From NCBI GenBank assembly GCA_031369685.1, contig JANMPD010000008.1, positions 1 through 51,121 of the forward strand: a stretch of 51,121 nucleotides of DNA, in the 5' to 3' direction. The notes under the pieces were generated by a model, which ran no database searches, was not told the origin of the DNA, and was given only the letters and a program-made list of their open reading frames with translations. The position numbers and the translations under genes were made by a program. Below, piece after piece: positions 30,383-40,338 of this stretch. The stretch comes from Chloroflexota bacterium (GTDB taxonomy: Bacteria; Chloroflexota; Limnocylindria; Limnocylindrales; CSP1-4). Every line of letters starts with the position of its first letter. Position 1 is the first letter of the stretch.

Positions 30383-32197
30383 TCAGGCGTCGAGCGCCTT
30401 GGCGAAGGCTCGCTCCAGCATCGCGAGGTCGGCATCACGGTCGTTGCCCAGCCGCAAGCGAAGGGTCGGGAGGTCATGCGATGAGATGGCACCTGCATCG
30501 CCCTGCGCCTGGGCATCGATGAGGCCGCCGAACGTATACGGCCAGCCGGGAATGTCGCGATCGAGCGGATGAGCCGAGATCAACTGAACGAACCAGCCCG
30601 TAGCCGCTCCTCCCTTGTGCAACTGGCCGGTCGAGTGGAGGAAGCGTGGCCCGTAGCCGGAGGTCGTGGCCATGCCGGTTCGGTCGCGGACCAGGGCGCG
30701 GATCCGCTCGAAGGTCGCATCGGCCGCGTCGTTCGGGGCGATGAACGCCTGGATCGCCATGTACCGGCCCGCGCGCGGATCGCTCCTGAGTCCGGCTCGG
30801 ATCGCTTCGATGAGCACGTCCTGCCCGACTGACTCGATGTCGAGCGGGCGCATCGGATCGTCGACCGAGGCGGCACCCGGGCGCAAGCGGTCGTCGGCCG
30901 AGTCGGCACCCGGGCGCAAGCGGTCGTCGGCCGAGTCGGCACCCGAGGCGGCACCCGGGCGCCCATCGGCACCCGCGCGCCCGGCGGCGGTGCCCATGGT
31001 CGCGAGCAACTGGCGGGTCAATTCCTTCGCTTCCTCGACATTCGGCTGATCGAATGGGTCGATGCCGAGGACCGCGCCCGCGAACGCCGTCGCGACTTCC
31101 CAGCGGATGAACTCGGCGCCGAGGTCCATCGGGTCATCGATCGTCAGGCGGATCACGGGGTGCCCGGCCGCGGCCAGGACATCGAGCAGGCCCTGGGATG
31201 GATCCGGCGCGTCGGCCAGGGTCAGCGAAACGAATACGCGATCCGCGCCATACGACTCAGCCGCCCCCAGCGGTTCCTGATCGACCGGAACGATGCCCAC
31301 GCCGTGCTTGCCCGTCGATTCCGCCACCAGTTGCTCGGCCCAGGCACCGAAGCTCGCGATGTCGGGGTCCATCACGAAGGTCAGCTTGTCCCGACCGCCG
31401 CGCGCCAACACGCCGAGGGTGATTCCCAGGAGCAGACCCGGGTTCTGTTGCGGCTCCGGCTCACGGCACGCGGCCACCATCATCGAGGCGGAAGCCAGCA
31501 GCGGATCCAGGTCGAGTCCAATCAATGAAGCAGGCACGAGGCCGACGTACGAGAGGGCGGCGTAGCGGCCCCCGATGTCGGGGGGATTGAGGAATACCTC
31601 GCGAAGCTCGTCGTGGTGCGGGATCGCTCCGACGCTCTTTCCCGGATCGGTGATGGCGACGATGAACTCGCCGGGATGCTGCGAGGAGCCGGCCACCGTC
31701 AGCGCTTCTGCGACGCGGGCCCAGGCATCGGCGAGGAACGCGAGGGGTTCGGTGGTCGTGCCCGACTTCGATGCCACGATCCACAGGGTCGAGAGCGGGT
31801 CGAGGTCGTCGACGATGGCGGCAACGGCTGCTGGATCGGTGGAATCGAGGACCCGGAGATCGAGGTACCCCTCGGCGGTGCCGAAGGTCCGATGAAGGAC
31901 CTCCGGGGCCAGGCTCGAGCCGCCCATCCCCATCACGACGGCCGTCCGGAAGCCCGCCACCCGAATGCCGTCGCCAAAGCCCTCGAGTGCCGGAATCTGA
32001 TCGGTGAAATGGGCCGGCGCATCGAGCCACCCGAGGCGATCCGCGATGGAACGCTGGACCTCGGGGTCGTCAGACCAGAGGGTCACGTCGCGGTCCATCA
32101 GGCGCTCGGCCCAGCTGTTCCGTCGCGCGTGATCGGCCACGGCCATCACGGACTCCTCGTCGGTCGACGACAGGCGAAGGTCGAATTCGGCGCTCAT
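30383..32197 (-). CDS. pgi: Glucose-6-phosphate isomerase (type found in Tal-Pgi fusions, here stand-alone)
   Basis: RLGWL, GMGGSSLAPEV, SKSGTTTE, ITDPG, IGGRY, EQLVAESTGK, PFDQPNVEEAK, GPRFLHSTGQLHKGG; ATG 32197. Confidence 0.9.
   Translation of the reverse strand: MSAEFDLRLSSTDEESVMAVADHARRNSWAERLMDRDVTLWSDDPEVQRSIADRLGWLDAPAHFTDQIPALEGFGDGIRVAGFRTAVVMGMGGSSLAPEVLHRTFGTAEGYLDLRVLDSTDPAAVAAIVDDLDPLSTLWIVASKSGTTTEPLAFLADAWARVAEALTVAGSSQHPGEFIVAITDPGKSVGAIPHHDELREVFLNPPDIGGRYAALSYVGLVPASLIGLDLDPLLASASMMVAACREPEPQQNPGLLLGITLGVLARGGRDKLTFVMDPDIASFGAWAEQLVAESTGKHGVGIVPVDQEPLGAAESYGADRVFVSLTLADAPDPSQGLLDVLAAAGHPVIRLTIDDPMDLGAEFIRWEVATAFAGAVLGIDPFDQPNVEEAKELTRQLLATMGTAAGRAGADGRPGAASGADSADDRLRPGADSADDRLRPGAASVDDPMRPLDIESVGQDVLIEAIRAGLRSDPRAGRYMAIQAFIAPNDAADATFERIRALVRDRTGMATTSGYGPRFLHSTGQLHKGGAATGWFVQLISAHPLDRDIPGWPYTFGGLIDAQAQGDAGAISSHDLPTLRLRLGNDRDADLAMLERAFAKALDA
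30871..30945. repeat. Perfect in-frame 33-bp tandem repeat (2.3 copies) inside pgi
   Basis: cggcacccgggcgcaagcggtcgtcggccgagt at 30871-30903 and 30904-30936, plus 9 bp; encodes GADSADDRLRP twice. Confidence 0.9.
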
Positions 32198-32352
32198 GAC
32201 TCCACCTCTGTCGCAACTCCGAACGTCGCGGGACTGCACCTCAAGTCTACCCGCGAGCGCCGATCTACCCGGCGGGCGCCGACCGACCTCATCCGGAGGC
32301 GTCCACCCGACGTATGCTGCGCTTGCGCGTGCACGAATAATCGAGGGTGGAG

Positions 32353-32994
32353 ATGGTTGCAGCAGTTTCCGGCATGCCGGGCGGCCCGAGTGGTTCGGGC
32401 TATCCCGTGCATCTGACGATCGATCGAAACCAGACGGTCAATCGCCTGTGGGGAATCCCGTTCTTCGGCCTGCTGGTGCGGTGGATCCTGCTCATCCCCC
32501 ACTGGCTGATCCTCGCCGTCCTCGGGACCATCGGCGCCCTGTCGGTGCTGATCTCATGGATCCCGGTGCTCTTCCTCGGGCGGATGCCGGCGACGTTGTT
32601 CGATCTGTACGCGATGACGTACCGATGGGGTGTGCGCGTCGTCGCCTACGCCGTCCTGATGACCGACGCCTATCCGCCGTTTTCACTCAGCACGCCTTAC
32701 GCCGTCGACCTGATCGTCGAGCCTCGCTCGAGCATCAATCGCCTCTGGGGGATTCCCTGGTTCGGCTTTGTCGCGCGCGAGATCGCCCTGATTCCGCACT
32801 TGATCGTCCTGTTCTTCCTGGGGATCGCGGTCTACGCCCTGATGTTCGTCATGTGGATCCCCGTCCTCGTGAACGGGCGATTTCCCCAGGTCGGCTATGA
32901 CCTGTTCGGCGGCTATCTCCGGATGACCTCGCGCGTCTCGCTCTGGCTCCTGCTGATGCCGATGCCGTACCCGCCGTTCGGCCCGAGCGAGTAG
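32353..32994 (+). CDS. Membrane protein with two DUF4389-like repeats
   Basis: Two halves: VNRLWGIPFFGLLVRWILLIPH...YPPFS and INRLWGIPWFGFVAREIALIPH...YPPFG; start ATG 32353 or GTG 32347. Confidence 0.8.
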   Translation: MVAAVSGMPGGPSGSGYPVHLTIDRNQTVNRLWGIPFFGLLVRWILLIPHWLILAVLGTIGALSVLISWIPVLFLGRMPATLFDLYAMTYRWGVRVVAYAVLMTDAYPPFSLSTPYAVDLIVEPRSSINRLWGIPWFGFVAREIALIPHLIVLFFLGIAVYALMFVMWIPVLVNGRFPQVGYDLFGGYLRMTSRVSLWLLLMPMPYPPFGPSE

Positions 32995-33084
32995 CAGCCG
33001 GTCGACGCAGGGCACCGGATCTCCTGAGGCGCGAGCGCCTCCGAGGCGCCGTCCCGCCGGCCCCCGCGGGGTATGGGCCTCCGA

Positions 33085-33543
33085 TCAGCCTTCGGCCGCC
33101 TCGATGGCGAGGACCTTGTTGAGGCGTCGGACGTGCCGCGGCTCGCCCGAGAACTTCGCCGCGAGGAACGCCACCGCGGCCTCGAAAGCCGGCTCCGAGC
33201 CGATGACGCGTGACCCGAGCGTGAGGACGTTCATGTCGTCGTGCTCGACGCCCTGGTGCGCCGAATAGGTGTCGTGACAGACGGCGGCGCGGACGCCATG
33301 GATCTTGTTGGCCGCTACGGACGCGCCGACCCCGGAGCCGCAGACGAGGATCCCTCGCTCGACGTCGCCGTCGCGGACCGCGTGCCCGAGCCGCGCGGCG
33401 AAGTCGGGATAGTCGTCCGTGGGATCTGATCCGTCGCCACCGAGGTCGATCAGCTCATGCCCCACGCCGGCCGCGCCAATCCGGCCGAGCAACTCGTCCT
33501 TAAGCGCGGCGCCGGCATGATCGGCCGCGAACCCGATCCGCAT
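33085..33543 (-). CDS. rpiB: Ribose-5-phosphate isomerase B
   Basis: [37 protein letters not shown]; TGATG overlap with tkt. Confidence 0.93.
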   Translation of the reverse strand: MRIGFAADHAGAALKDELLGRIGAAGVGHELIDLGGDGSDPTDDYPDFAARLGHAVRDGDVERGILVCGSGVGASVAANKIHGVRAAVCHDTYSAHQGVEHDDMNVLTLGSRVIGSEPAFEAAVAFLAAKFSGEPRHVRRLNKVLAIEAAEG

Positions 33544-35642
33544 CACCCGGCCACGTGATCGGCGGTCCGGGCCAGTCCACGGGGCTGGTGCCCGGGATCG
33601 AGGGTCGCGACGCGCCCGAGCCGCTCGCCCGCGGCTACCCGCCGGGCGACTTCCGTCACGCGTTCCGTCGTGAACCCGAAGTGCTCGAAGATCGTCGGCG
33701 CCGGCGCGGACGCCCCGAAGTGGTCGATCCCGATGATCGCGCCAGCGTCGCCCGCGTAGCGCTCCCAGCCGAGGGAAATGCCCATCTCGATCGTGACCCG
33801 AGCCGTGACGGCCGGCGGCAGCACGGCGTCCCGATACGCCGAATCCTGGGCATCGAACCGTTCCCAGCAGGGGAGCGAGACCACCCGCGCCGGCGTTCCT
33901 TCCGCCTCGAGGGCCTCTGCCGCGCCCATCGCCAGCTGCAATTCGGAACCCGTCGCGATGAGGATGATCGCCGGGGCGCCGCCGCCCGCCTCGGTCGAGG
34001 CGCGTCGCAGGACGTACCCACCGCGCCGCAGTCCCTCGCGGCCCAGCTCCGCGGTGCCGGGCAGCGTCGGAAGCTTCTGCCGGGTCAGCGCCAGGGCCAC
34101 CGGGCCGTCGCGTCGTTCCACGGCGAGTGCCCACGCCGCGGCGGCCTCGTTGGCATCACCGGGACGGACGAACCACAGGTTCGGGATGGCGCGCAGGGCC
34201 GCGTAGTGCTCGACCGGCTGGTGCGTCGGACCGTCCTCGCCGAGGCCAACCGAATCATGCGTCCAGACGTAGATGACGTGGAGGCCCGCAAGGGCGGCCA
34301 ACCGGACCGAGCCCCGCATGTAGTCGCTGAAGGTGAGGAAGGTCGCGGCGTAGGGGATGAAGCCGCCGTGGTACGCGATCCCGTTGGCGATGCCGCCCAT
34401 CGCGTGCTCGCGAACGCCGAACCGCAGGTTGCGCCCAGCGGCCTCGACCTCGAAGTCACCGGCTCCCTTGATGTCGGTCAGGTTCGATTCGGACAGATCG
34501 GCGGCGCCGCCGAACAGCTCCGGCACGGAATCGGCAAGCGCAGCGATCGCCTGCTGGCTGGCCTGGCGGGTGGCGAAGTCCTCGCCGAGGGCGTAGCTCT
34601 TGAGCCCAGCGTCCCAGTCGTCCCGCAGGTCGCCGGCCAACCTGCGGCGTAGCTCGGTCGCTTCGGCCGGGTACGCGTCCGCGTAGCGGGCCATCCGCCC
34701 TTCCCAGTCGGCGACGAGTGCCTGGCCCTCGGGAATGGCGGCGCGGAAGACGTCGAGCGCCTCGTCGGGTACCAGGAACTGCGCCTCCGGATCCCAGCCG
34801 TAGGCCTCCTTGGTGAGGCGGACCTCTTCTGGGCCGAGGGGTGATCCATGGGCCTTCTGGCTGTCGTGCTTGCTCGGGCTCCCGAAGCCGATGTGCGTGC
34901 GGACGGCGATGATCGACGGCCGCGCATCTCGATGCGCCTCGGCGATGGCCGCGGCAATCGCCCCAACGTCGTTGCCGTCCTCGACCCGCGCGGTCTGCCA
35001 GCGATACGCCTCGAACCGGGCCAGGACGTCCTCGGACCAGGCCATGTCCGTCGGTCCGTCGAGCTGGATGTGGTTGTCGTCATACAGGACGATGAGCTTG
35101 CGCAGCATCAGGTGACCGGCCAGGCTCGCCGCCTCGGACGCGATGCCCTCCTGGAGGTCCCCGTCACTGGCCAGCCCGTACGTCCAATGATCGACGACGT
35201 CATGCCCTGGCCGATTGAACTCATGAGCGAGCCGGCGCTCGGCGATCGCCATGCCCACGGCATTCGTGAAGCCCTGCCCGAGCGGACCCGTGGTCGCCTC
35301 CACGCCCGCCGTCAGCCCGTACTCGGGGTGGCCCGGCGTGCGCGAGCCCCACTGCCGGAACGACATCAGGTCTTCGAGCGACACGTCGTAGCCCGTCAGG
35401 TGAAGGAGCGAGTACAGGAGCATCGATGCGTGCCCCGCGGACAGGACGAATCGATCCCGATCCGGCCAGGCGGGATCGGTGGGCGCGTGGCGCAGGAATC
35501 GTGTCCACAGGGCGTAGGCCATCGGTGCCGCGCCCATCGGCGCACCCGGGTGGCCGGAGTTCGCTTTCTGCACGCCATCGATCGACAGCGTCCGAATCGT
35601 GTTGATCGCGAGGCGATCGAGATCGGGGGTCAGGTCAGGCAT
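33543..35642 (-). CDS. tkt: Transketolase
   Basis: [64 protein letters not shown]; ATG 35642. Confidence 0.97.
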   Translation of the reverse strand: MPDLTPDLDRLAINTIRTLSIDGVQKANSGHPGAPMGAAPMAYALWTRFLRHAPTDPAWPDRDRFVLSAGHASMLLYSLLHLTGYDVSLEDLMSFRQWGSRTPGHPEYGLTAGVEATTGPLGQGFTNAVGMAIAERRLAHEFNRPGHDVVDHWTYGLASDGDLQEGIASEAASLAGHLMLRKLIVLYDDNHIQLDGPTDMAWSEDVLARFEAYRWQTARVEDGNDVGAIAAAIAEAHRDARPSIIAVRTHIGFGSPSKHDSQKAHGSPLGPEEVRLTKEAYGWDPEAQFLVPDEALDVFRAAIPEGQALVADWEGRMARYADAYPAEATELRRRLAGDLRDDWDAGLKSYALGEDFATRQASQQAIAALADSVPELFGGAADLSESNLTDIKGAGDFEVEAAGRNLRFGVREHAMGGIANGIAYHGGFIPYAATFLTFSDYMRGSVRLAALAGLHVIYVWTHDSVGLGEDGPTHQPVEHYAALRAIPNLWFVRPGDANEAAAAWALAVERRDGPVALALTRQKLPTLPGTAELGREGLRRGGYVLRRASTEAGGGAPAIILIATGSELQLAMGAAEALEAEGTPARVVSLPCWERFDAQDSAYRDAVLPPAVTARVTIEMGISLGWERYAGDAGAIIGIDHFGASAPAPTIFEHFGFTTERVTEVARRVAAGERLGRVATLDPGHQPRGLARTADHVAG

Positions 35643-35689
35643 CGAAGTGATCCTACCAACGCAGGGCACGACACCGATACCATGCTCGC
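35643..35689. promoter_or_regulatory. Back-to-back leaderless-type promoters for tkt and the PfkB-psuG operon
   Basis: Minus strand TG-g-TAGGAT (35655-35650) 7 nt before the tkt ATG; plus strand TACCAT (35678-35683) 6 nt before ATG 35690; no SD. Confidence 0.6.
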
Positions 35690-36628
35690 ATGCCCGTCGC
35701 CCAGAAGCCTCGCGTCCTCGTGCTCGGCGACCTCGTTCTCGATGTGGTGCTCGCCCCGGAGCGCGCGATCGAGAGCGGTACGGATGTGCCCGGGAGCGTC
35801 GGTATCCGGCAGGGTGGATCGGCCGCGAACACGGCCCGCTGGCTGGCCCGGCTCGGCATCGACGTCCAGCTGGTGTGCGCCGTCGGACGAGATGGGGCGG
35901 GTCGAAGCCTCGTGTCCCAGCTGGAAGCGGACGGTGTCCGCGTTCGAGCGGCCCGTATTGCCGGCCAACGCACGGGTCGGGTCGGCGTCCTTGTGGCGCC
36001 CAACGGCGAGCGATCGTTCGTGGCGGATCGACGCGCGGCGCTCGCCCTGCGGCCGGACCACCTCAAGGACGAATGGTTCGCTCGCCTGGACCTGGTCCAT
36101 ATGCCGGCGTACTCGCTGATGGGTGAGCCGATTGCCGCGGCGGCGCGGACCGCGGTGGCCATGGCACGGGCAATATCGGGCGCCGAGGTTTCCCTCGACC
36201 TGTCGTCGATCGGGCCGCTGCTGGCGGAAGGGCGTCGAGCGGCCCGCGAGCTCGTCGCGTCGGTCAAGCCCGACGTCCTGTTCGCGACCGAAGCGGAGGT
36301 CGAGGCGTTCCTTGGGCGGAATGCCGGTGACGGCATCCTCGATCACGCGGCGATTGCCGTGATCAAGCAGGGATCCCGCGGCGCGCGGGTGGTGGCTCGC
36401 GGCGCCGCCGCCGAGCCGTTGCGCTTTGACGTCGCGACACCGCAGGTGACGGTCGCCGACTCAACCGGTGCCGGCGACGCGTTCAGTGCGGGGTTCATTG
36501 CCGGCTGGCTGACCGCTCGCGCGGCCGGTCGACAGGCGCCGGACGCGCTCCATCGCGCGACCATCGCCGGCCATCGCGTCGCTGCGCGCCAACTCACCAC
36601 CTCGAAGACGGAGCTCCCGCCGGGATGA
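35690..36628 (+). CDS. PfkB-family carbohydrate kinase, probably pseudouridine kinase by context
   Basis: [33 protein letters not shown]; coupled to psuG. Confidence 0.85.
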   Translation: MPVAQKPRVLVLGDLVLDVVLAPERAIESGTDVPGSVGIRQGGSAANTARWLARLGIDVQLVCAVGRDGAGRSLVSQLEADGVRVRAARIAGQRTGRVGVLVAPNGERSFVADRRAALALRPDHLKDEWFARLDLVHMPAYSLMGEPIAAAARTAVAMARAISGAEVSLDLSSIGPLLAEGRRAARELVASVKPDVLFATEAEVEAFLGRNAGDGILDHAAIAVIKQGSRGARVVARGAAAEPLRFDVATPQVTVADSTGAGDAFSAGFIAGWLTARAAGRQAPDALHRATIAGHRVAARQLTTSKTELPPG

Positions 36629-37584
36629 CGGCATCCCTTCGCGATCGCCTGACGATTGCCCCGGAAATCAACCACGCTCTCGCGACCGGGCGGCCAGTCG
36701 TCGCGCTCGAATCAACGCTCATCAGTCATGGGCTGCCGTATCCGCAGAACGTCGAGGTCGCCCGCGCCTCCGAGGCGGCCGTCCGCGAATCCGGCGCGGT
36801 GCCCGCAACGATCGCGATCCGGGATGGCCGGATCCTCGTGGGCCTGGACGACGTGGCGCTCGAGGAGCTGGCCACGGCGCCGTCGGGGAGCATGCTGAAG
36901 GCGGCGCGGCCGAGCCTGTCGGCGGCCCTGACGCGCGAGGGATGGTCCGCGACCACGGTTTCGGCCACGATGATCGCCGCTCACGCCGCCGGCATCCGGG
37001 TCTTCGCGACCGGCGGGATCGGCGGGGTCCACCGCGGGGCGCTTGGCGGTCGGGACGCGGTCCATCCACCCACGTTTGACATCTCCTCGGATCTCGAAGA
37101 GCTCGCCCGGACGCCGATGGTCATCGTGTGCGCCGGGCCGAAGGCCATCCTCGACGTTCCCGCCACGCTCGAGGTTCTCGAGACGCGCGGCGTCCCGGTC
37201 GTGGCCGTCGGACAGGTCGATCTCCCGGGATTCACGGCCCGTTCTGCGGGCATCAGGGCACCGTGGAGCGTCCCCGATATCCCGGCTGCTGCTGCCCTGG
37301 CAGAGGCGCACATCGCGCTCGGGATCGGCAGCAGCATCGTGATCTGCGTGCCGGTGCCCGCCGACGTCGCCCTGCCGGATGACGTTGCCCGGGCCGTCGC
37401 CGAGCGCGCGGCACGCGAAGCCGATGAGGCCCGCGTGCATGGTCCGGCGCTCACGCCCTGGCTCCTCGCCCGAATTGCGGAGATCACCGATGGCGCGTCC
37501 ATCCGTGCGAATACGGCCCTGATCATCAACGATGCCCGCGTGGCCGGCCAGATCGCGCTCTGGCTGGCGCACCTGCCGCAATGA
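36625..37584 (+). CDS. psuG: Pseudouridine-5'-phosphate glycosidase
   Basis: PVVALESTLISHGLPYPQN, VPATIAI, ATTVSATM, FATGGIGGVHRG, FDISSDLEEL, CAGPKAILD, LTPWLL. Confidence 0.93.
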   Translation: MTASLRDRLTIAPEINHALATGRPVVALESTLISHGLPYPQNVEVARASEAAVRESGAVPATIAIRDGRILVGLDDVALEELATAPSGSMLKAARPSLSAALTREGWSATTVSATMIAAHAAGIRVFATGGIGGVHRGALGGRDAVHPPTFDISSDLEELARTPMVIVCAGPKAILDVPATLEVLETRGVPVVAVGQVDLPGFTARSAGIRAPWSVPDIPAAAALAEAHIALGIGSSIVICVPVPADVALPDDVARAVAERAAREADEARVHGPALTPWLLARIAEITDGASIRANTALIINDARVAGQIALWLAHLPQ

Positions 37585-38426
37585 TCGAGGGCCTGCTCGA
37601 GCCCGGCAGCGAGATCTATTCCCTGCTCGGCAACCTCGTTGTCGTTTCGGTCCTGATGACCGGGCTCTGGCTGGTGTCGATCCTCGTTCGGGACGCCTCG
37701 ATCGTCGACATCTTCTGGGGCATGGCTTTCATCGCGATCATCTGGGCGCAGTACGCCCAGTCGTGGCTGATGCAGGGACCGGCCTGCGGCGACAACTGCG
37801 CCCAACCGTGGCCGCCGGCGACCGCGCTGATCGTCCCGGTTCTCGTCACGGTCTGGGGCCTGCGCCTGTCCTTCTACCTCGCGTGGAGAAACCTGGGCAG
37901 GGGCGAGGACTTCCGCTACGTCCGCATGCGGGAACGGTTCGGATCCAGGTTCCCCCTGATCAGCCTGATCGTCGTCTTCCTGCTCCAGGGCCTCCTCGCC
38001 TGGGTCGTCGCGCTGCCGGCACAGGTTGCGACCCGGACCCTGGAGCTGGACCCATGGTCACCCATCGCGGTCGCAGGCATCGCGCTGTGGGCCGTCGGCC
38101 TCGCCTTCGAGACGATCGGAGACCTCCAACTGGCGAGCTTCAAGCGCGATCCCCAGAACCAGGGCCAAGTGATGGACCGCGGCCTCTGGCGCTGCACCCG
38201 CCACCCGAACTTTTTCGGTGACTTCTGCGTGTGGTGGGGCATCTTCCTGATCGCCGCATCGATCGGTGCCTGGTGGACGGTGATCGGGCCGATCCTGATG
38301 TCGATTCTCCTCATCCGCGTGTCGGGCGCGGGGCTGCTGGAGCAGACGATCGGCGAACGTCGGCCCGGCTACGTCGACTACGCCCGACGGACGAGCGGCT
38401 TCTTTCCACGGCCACCGCGCCCATGA
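37581..38426 (+). CDS. DUF1295 membrane protein (steroid 5-alpha reductase-like)
   Basis: SIVDIFWG, WGLRL, GEDFRY, ETIGDLQL, GLWRCTRHPNFFG, TSGFFP. Confidence 0.85.
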   Translation: MIEGLLEPGSEIYSLLGNLVVVSVLMTGLWLVSILVRDASIVDIFWGMAFIAIIWAQYAQSWLMQGPACGDNCAQPWPPATALIVPVLVTVWGLRLSFYLAWRNLGRGEDFRYVRMRERFGSRFPLISLIVVFLLQGLLAWVVALPAQVATRTLELDPWSPIAVAGIALWAVGLAFETIGDLQLASFKRDPQNQGQVMDRGLWRCTRHPNFFGDFCVWWGIFLIAASIGAWWTVIGPILMSILLIRVSGAGLLEQTIGERRPGYVDYARRTSGFFPRPPRP

Positions 38427-39451
38427 ACGAGGCGATCCCGCCGTTCGCGATCGAGGTGGACGCGGTTCGCCGTGTCTACGCGGCCAAACCCGCGCCCGTC
38501 GTCGCCCTCGAGGGGATCGACCTGCGGGTGGAACCAGGCGAATTCTTCGGTCTGCTCGGTCCGAACGGTGCCGGCAAGACCACGCTCATCAAGATCCTCA
38601 CGACGCTCCTGCTGCCCTCGTCAGGCCATGCCCGTGTCTTTGGCTTCGATGTCGAGCGGGACACGAAGAAGATCCGCAGGATCATGAACATGGTCGCCGG
38701 CGGCGAGCAGTCGGGGTACGGGATCCTCACCGTCCGCGAGCAGCTCTGGATGTTCACCCAGTTCTACGGCCTGACGGGGGGCGACGGCTGGCGGCGCGTC
38801 GACGAGCTCATCGAGGCGGTGGGCCTCGCCGAGCAGCGGCTCCAGCGGGTCAGCACGCTCTCGACCGGGCAGCGCCAGAAGATGAACCTCGCCCGCGGGC
38901 TGCTCAACGATCCCTGGATCCTCTTCCTCGACGAGCCGACGCTCGGGTTGGACGTATCGGCCGCCCGGTCGCTGCGCGAGCTCATCGTCAATTGGAAGCA
39001 CGCCGTGCCGGGCCGGACGATCCTCATCACCACGCACTACATGGCCGAGGCCGACGAGCTGTGCGATCGGATCGCCATCGTCGATCGCGGTCGGATCCTG
39101 GCCATCGGGTCTCCAGAGGAGTTGAAGCGCCGCGTTCAACGAGAGTCGATCTTCCGGCTGGAGCTTGACCACCTCGTCGGTGGCGCGGCCGCGATTGCCA
39201 GGCTCCCCGGTGTCGTCAGCGCGAGCGAGGCGGCCGTCGGCCCGGAAGCCGGAGCTCGCCAGACGGTGGTCATGAACCTCGTCCTCGAGGACGACGGTGC
39301 CCTCGGCCAGGTCGTCGGTGCCCTCGCCCGTACGGGATCCGAGATCCTCGGGCTACGGAAGTCGGAACCGACGCTCGAAGACGTCTTCGTGGAGCTGGTC
39401 GGCCGGGGCTTCGCCGAGTCAGATTTGGACGCAGCCGAGGCATCGGCCTGA
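38423..39451 (+). CDS. ABC-2 type exporter ATP-binding protein
   Basis: GPNGAGKTT, LSTGQRQ, FLDEPT, TTHYM; ATG 38423 overlaps the upstream stop. Confidence 0.92.
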   Translation: MNEAIPPFAIEVDAVRRVYAAKPAPVVALEGIDLRVEPGEFFGLLGPNGAGKTTLIKILTTLLLPSSGHARVFGFDVERDTKKIRRIMNMVAGGEQSGYGILTVREQLWMFTQFYGLTGGDGWRRVDELIEAVGLAEQRLQRVSTLSTGQRQKMNLARGLLNDPWILFLDEPTLGLDVSAARSLRELIVNWKHAVPGRTILITTHYMAEADELCDRIAIVDRGRILAIGSPEELKRRVQRESIFRLELDHLVGGAAAIARLPGVVSASEAAVGPEAGARQTVVMNLVLEDDGALGQVVGALARTGSEILGLRKSEPTLEDVFVELVGRGFAESDLDAAEASA

Positions 39452-40338
39452 TGGCCGCGCCGATCGATTTCGTCGGACGTTCGGGTTCTGGTCCCCGCGA
39501 GGCCGCCGATTGGAGCCGTCGCCAGGAACTGATGACCGACCTTCGATCCGTCCGTGGACGTGCCTACCCGCGAATCATCGGGCTCATGCGTGAGCCGTCG
39601 TGGGTGCTGTTCGAGATCCTTCTGCCCTTCCTCTCGACGTCGGCGTTCGTGTTCGTCTACCGGGCCATCGGCGCGCCGCAGGCCTACGTCGGGTTCGTGG
39701 TCCTGGGCGGAGCACTGACGGCGTTCTGGCTGAACGTCATCTGGATGATGGCGAACCAGCTCTGGTGGGAGAAGAGCCAGGGCAACCTGGAGCTGTACTT
39801 CGCGGCGCCGATGCACTTCATGTCGATCCTGTTCGGGATGGCCCTTGGCGGCATGTTCATGAGCTCGACCCGAGCGCTCGCCGTGCTGCTCATCGCGGGC
39901 ACGCTCTTCGGTGTCACCTTCAGCGTCGATCAGTGGGCCCTCCTGGTCAGCGTGTTCGTGTTGACCCTGGGTGCGCTGTATGGGCTTGGGATGGTCCTGG
40001 CGAGCCTGTTCCTGGTCTGGGGCCGCGAGGCCTGGCACCTGGGCCAGATGCTCACCGAGCCGGTCTATTTCGTGTCCGGGCTGAACTTCCCGGTCGCCCG
40101 GCTTGGGTTCCTCGGCGCCCTGTCGGTCGCGTTCATCCCGCTCGCCACCGGCCTCGACGCCATGCGCCAGCTGGTGTTCGCGGATGCCCCGTTTCCCGTC
40201 GGGACGCCGGCTCCGCTCGTCGAGGTCGCGATCCTCGGGCTGATGACGGTCGTGTCAATCGTCGGCGCGCGCTGGATGCTGATCACGATGGAACGACGGG
40301 CGCGGCGCGACGGTCGGTTGTCGGTGCGCTGGCAATGA
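39451..40338 (+). CDS. ABC-2 type permease
   Basis: About 6 TM helices, EKSQGNLE, SGLNFPV; follows the ATPase. Confidence 0.85.
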   Translation: MAAPIDFVGRSGSGPREAADWSRRQELMTDLRSVRGRAYPRIIGLMREPSWVLFEILLPFLSTSAFVFVYRAIGAPQAYVGFVVLGGALTAFWLNVIWMMANQLWWEKSQGNLELYFAAPMHFMSILFGMALGGMFMSSTRALAVLLIAGTLFGVTFSVDQWALLVSVFVLTLGALYGLGMVLASLFLVWGREAWHLGQMLTEPVYFVSGLNFPVARLGFLGALSVAFIPLATGLDAMRQLVFADAPFPVGTPAPLVEVAILGLMTVVSIVGARWMLITMERRARRDGRLSVRWQ

